This document shows, one piece after another, positions 57,201-60,000 of a DNA stretch of 60,000 nucleotides. The position numbers and the translations under genes were made by a program. Source of the stretch: Lama guanicoe (taxonomy: Eukaryota); assembly GCA_013239625.1 (NCBI GenBank), contig MU053933.1, positions 2,009,026-2,069,025 of the forward strand, given 5' to 3'. Each line of letters begins with the position of its first letter. Positions within the stretch are counted from its first letter, which is position 1. The notes beneath the pieces are model-generated. The model did no database searches, was not told the origin of the DNA, and saw only the letters and a program-made list of their open reading frames with translations.

Positions 57201-59115
57201 TGCTGACTGTGATGCACATGCCTGGGGGCCCGCCTCTGAGGGCAGAGGGGGCCTAGGAGAACACTCAGGCCACTGCTCCAGGCTTGGCTCTGCATGGTCA
57301 GTGCTGATGCAGGGAAAGGTGCAGAATCAGGGATGTGGTCAAGTTGGTTTCTCAGGGAGGCTGTGATCACTGAGCCTGAGCTGGGGGAGGTGGCCTTGTG
57401 AAGATGGGCAGGCAAGCACAGGGACAGGTGGCTCCAGCTGGAGACCCAGAGTGGGCTGTGGAGGCAGGAGTGGGTGGGCGGCTGAGGCTTCATCCAGGGT
57501 GGACGGGCAGGGGTGCCTGGGACGCGGCTCTCTGGGCCCCTCGCGGTGGAGTTGGGGGCTCCGGGACAGAACAGGCAGGTACTCTGCCCTGGGGACTCCT
57601 GGGACCCGTCAACCAGGGCAGGGGGCCCCTCGGCTAAGCCCGGGCTCAGCGGTAGACAGGACGGCCGTGACAGGGTAGGGAGAGGTGCTGCCCTGGGAGA
57701 GAGAGGTGCCTTCAGATGGGGGGGCCAGGGGTTTGAGGGCTGTGATCTGCATTCAGGGCAGGGGAGCCCCTGAGACTGTGCACCCAAGTTCACACTCAGG
57801 CCCAGTCTGGGGCCCTGAGGGGCTGTGCCCACCCACAGTGTCCTGTGCGCCCCGGCCCTGGGGCATGCTGAGCATGGCTGGCCCCTCTGTTTTGAGTCCT
57901 GGGAGGTCGGTGCAGGGGGGGAGGGGGGGAGGCCTTCCAAGGGAGGCGAGTGGGCGGGGCTGGGGCTGGCCCTGGAGCGTCCCTGTGGCCAAGGCGGTGG
58001 CACCACTCCCATCCACTACCGGATGCTATTCTCCCCTCCCCCCAGGGCTGTGCATCCCTACCCAGGGCAGGGGAGGGGCTGAGGGTCTTTACCGGCTTCT
58101 GGAACCTTCCCCAGTGGAACCAAGGGTAGGGCTGAGCTGAGCCTAGCGGGTGAAGCTGGCCAGAGGCCCCTGTCCTCCCCTTGGCTGGAGTCCTTGCACC
58201 CCAGGGGCCTTGTGGCCTTGACGGTGTGGAGCCCGGTTCTGGGGCTGGTGTCCCTGGCTGACCTCAGCCTCGGCTCTTTCACTAGGAGCTTGGGGCTGAC
58301 CTTCCTGGAGGCAGCCTGGACCCAGGGCTCTCACCCTGGTTCTTTCCTGCTCTGTGTAAGGCCCTCAGGACCTCCACGGGCTTCCCTGAGCCTCAGGTTC
58401 CCCACCTGTTACATTCAGGTGTCACCCTCTGCCCTGCTCACCTCCTGGGCTGCTGAGTGAGGCTGAGGGAGGTACAGGCTCTTCTGCTCCGCCTGCAGCC
58501 CTGTCTCTGGCTCTCTCACTTCACTGAACCAGCGCCACCTCCTCCAGGCAGCCCTCCACCCCCGTTCCCCCTTTCTTCGCACCCGAGCCTCGTAGGAGCT
58601 GCTCTGACCCTGTCTTTCTCTCTAAGGCTCTTCGGGTGCTGTGGGGCAAACGTGGGGCTGGTGGGTCAGAGTGACACCCTCAGATGTTTCTTGAGGAAAT
58701 AAGTAAGAAGCTCTTTAAAATTCCCGAAGAGCTTTGTATTTGCAGCAGGTAGTAAGCGACGCTAATTCGTTCAGCCCAGCTGACGTAGGGCGCCTTCCCT
58801 CAGCCCAGGGAGCGGGAGGGGGAGGAGGAGCCCCCCAGCCCCCTCAAGCTCCCCCTCCCCAGCCCCACCCCCGGGAGGGACAGGGGGTCCTGGCTCCCCC
58901 ATTGCAGCGCACTCCTCGCCCCTGGCCCACGTGACCCCCTAGGTGGGACCCAGGGAGGGCTTGTAGGTGGCAGCCGTATCTGGGGCAGGTGTCTGAGTGC
59001 TGGGGCGTCTCTGACCCAGACTCGGAGCCGCGGGTCCCGACTGAACATCATCATCATCGCGGAGGGCGCCATCGACCGCCACGGGCAGCCCATCTCCTCC
59101 CGCTATGTGAAGGAC
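45164..59115 (+). CDS. PFKL: ATP-dependent 6-phosphofructokinase, liver type; exons 1-8, 3'-partial
   Basis: Exons 45164-45248, 51701-51774, 54705-54782, 55006-55195, 55898-56063, 56645-56689, 56933-57041, 59020-59115; all GT-AG and in frame. Motifs [49 protein letters not shown] and EVMGRHCG; position next to AIRE supports the L isoform. Confidence 0.98.
45445..45454 (+). promoter_or_regulatory. Candidate hypoxia response element (TACGTG) in PFKL intron 1
   Basis: gcgTACGTGc with the core at 45447-45452 inside the CpG island; PFKL is a known HIF-1 target. Confidence 0.55.
49140..49460. repeat. G-rich minisatellite (ctgtggg/ccgtggg units) with a 91-bp higher-order duplication
   Basis: gagccatgggccgtgggcagggagtcatgggctgggagctgtgggccgagagctgtaggccacgggg occurs at both 49181 and 49272. 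Confidence 0.9.
50630..51095 (+). mobile_element. ERV LTR (ERV1-like) in PFKL intron 1, sense orientation; 5' boundary uncertain
   Basis: Tandem ctgattgg repeats, TATAAAA near 50928, AATAAA near 51000, duplicated ctgagctgtaaca ending in CA at 51095. Confidence 0.75.
51701..51774 (+). CDS. PFKL: PFKL exon 2
   Basis: [24 protein letters not shown], 74 bp. Confidence 0.97.
54705..54782 (+). CDS. PFKL: PFKL exon 3
   Basis: [26 protein letters not shown], 78 bp. Confidence 0.97.
54810..54920. repeat. (GACACACA)-like low-complexity repeat in PFKL intron 3
   Basis: Repeated gacacacag units. Confidence 0.75.
55006..55195 (+). CDS. PFKL: PFKL exon 4
   Basis: [19 protein letters not shown]...SLLEELLKE, 190 bp. 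Confidence 0.97.
55898..56063 (+). CDS. PFKL: PFKL exon 5
   Basis: [54 protein letters not shown], 166 bp. Confidence 0.97.
56645..56689 (+). CDS. PFKL: PFKL exon 6
   Basis: [14 protein letters not shown], 45 bp. Confidence 0.96.
56933..57041 (+). CDS. PFKL: PFKL exon 7
   Basis: [36 protein letters not shown], 109 bp. Confidence 0.97.
59020..59115 (+). CDS. PFKL: PFKL exon 8
   Basis: [32 protein letters not shown], 96 bp. Confidence 0.96.
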
Positions 59116-59759
59116 GTGAGTGGGGGGCCCAGGGCATGTGGGGTGGGTGGGGCCTCAGTAGGGGCTCCCTTTTATCTCCAGTCCCCAGGTGCTTGTGCTG
59201 GGGCCCCACCCCTGGCTTCCACAGGGAGGAGGCTCCTGGGAGGAGCTTCCTCACTCCCAGCGATTGCCAGATGTGGGGTGGGTGCACCGGGGCTCCCTGA
59301 GAAGCCCTGGGCCCCCAAGGCTGAGGTGTGGCCCCCACCTGTTGGGGCCCCCAACCTTCCAGTTCCCAGTCTTCATTCAGAACATTCCCCACCAAAAGCC
59401 CTGTTCAGTTCCCCAACAGTGTCCCAGTGACAGGGTCCAGCCCCTACTGGCCCCCAGTGACAGGAGTGCCCACTGCCTGTCTGGTACCAGATTCACAGCA
59501 GAACAACTGGGTTTTCGGGGAAGGCCTTTCTCCCTGTGACCAGGTTCTGCCCCAGGGCCCTGGGCCTGCATCCCAGAGTAAGGCGCAGCCCCGGGAGCCT
59601 CTGTGCCCTTCACTTTGGCCGCCCGTCCTGGCCTTGCGTCCCTGGCCGAGTGCTGCCGGGAGCCGGCCCGTCGGCCGAGCTCTGTGCCCTGGGCTTCCCG
59701 CTGCTGTGCCTGGCGGGGCCGGACCTGCAGGGGCTGCAGACCATGACGTGCTCCTGCAA

Positions 59760-59990
59760 CCCACACACGCGTGGGAGCACACACCCACAGCTCACGCGGA
59801 AACACACACCCACACGCTCGCACAGAAGCACACACCCAGGTACACGGAAGCACACTCAGACTGACGTGGAAACATCAGCACGTTCACACAGGAGCACACA
59901 TACGCACGCACCTGTGGAAACACATCCTCAGACTGACACAGAAGCACACGTCGGCGCAGTCACGTGGAACCAGCCGCTACACACACGATG
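59760..59990. repeat. Imperfect (CA)-rich low-complexity tract
   Basis: Interrupted cacac runs. Confidence 0.65.
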
Positions 59991-60000
59991 TATAGGTGAA

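Overview
GC-rich mammalian genomic DNA carrying the conserved DNMT3L-AIRE-PFKL gene cluster (syntenic with human 21q22.3). A tRNA-derived SINE near 19.1-19.2 kb resembles the camelid Vic-1 family, so the source is probably a camel, llama or alpaca (inference). DNMT3L is on the minus strand: 10 coding exons at 12462-1231, a candidate extra upstream coding exon near 13007, and a last exon outside the window. AIRE is complete on the plus strand (14 exons, 29381-38846, 573 aa). PFKL exons 1-8 are on the plus strand from 45164 and the gene continues past the window. All exon boundaries were read from the sequence and are phase-consistent. The DNMT3L-AIRE interval holds nested L1 fragments, a solo ERV LTR, SINEs and a paired NF-kB element matching the known AIRE upstream enhancer. 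Two N gaps fall in GC-rich promoter regions. I found no convincing wholly new biological system. The best leads are lineage-level novelties: an apparently rewired DNMT3L 5' splice structure, an in-frame extension of AIRE exon 12, AIRE substitutions at human disease positions, a CCAAT/octamer-rich LTR just upstream of PFKL exon 2, and a TSD-bounded, internally deleted composite L1. Nearly all ORFs in the supplied track are spurious products of high GC content.
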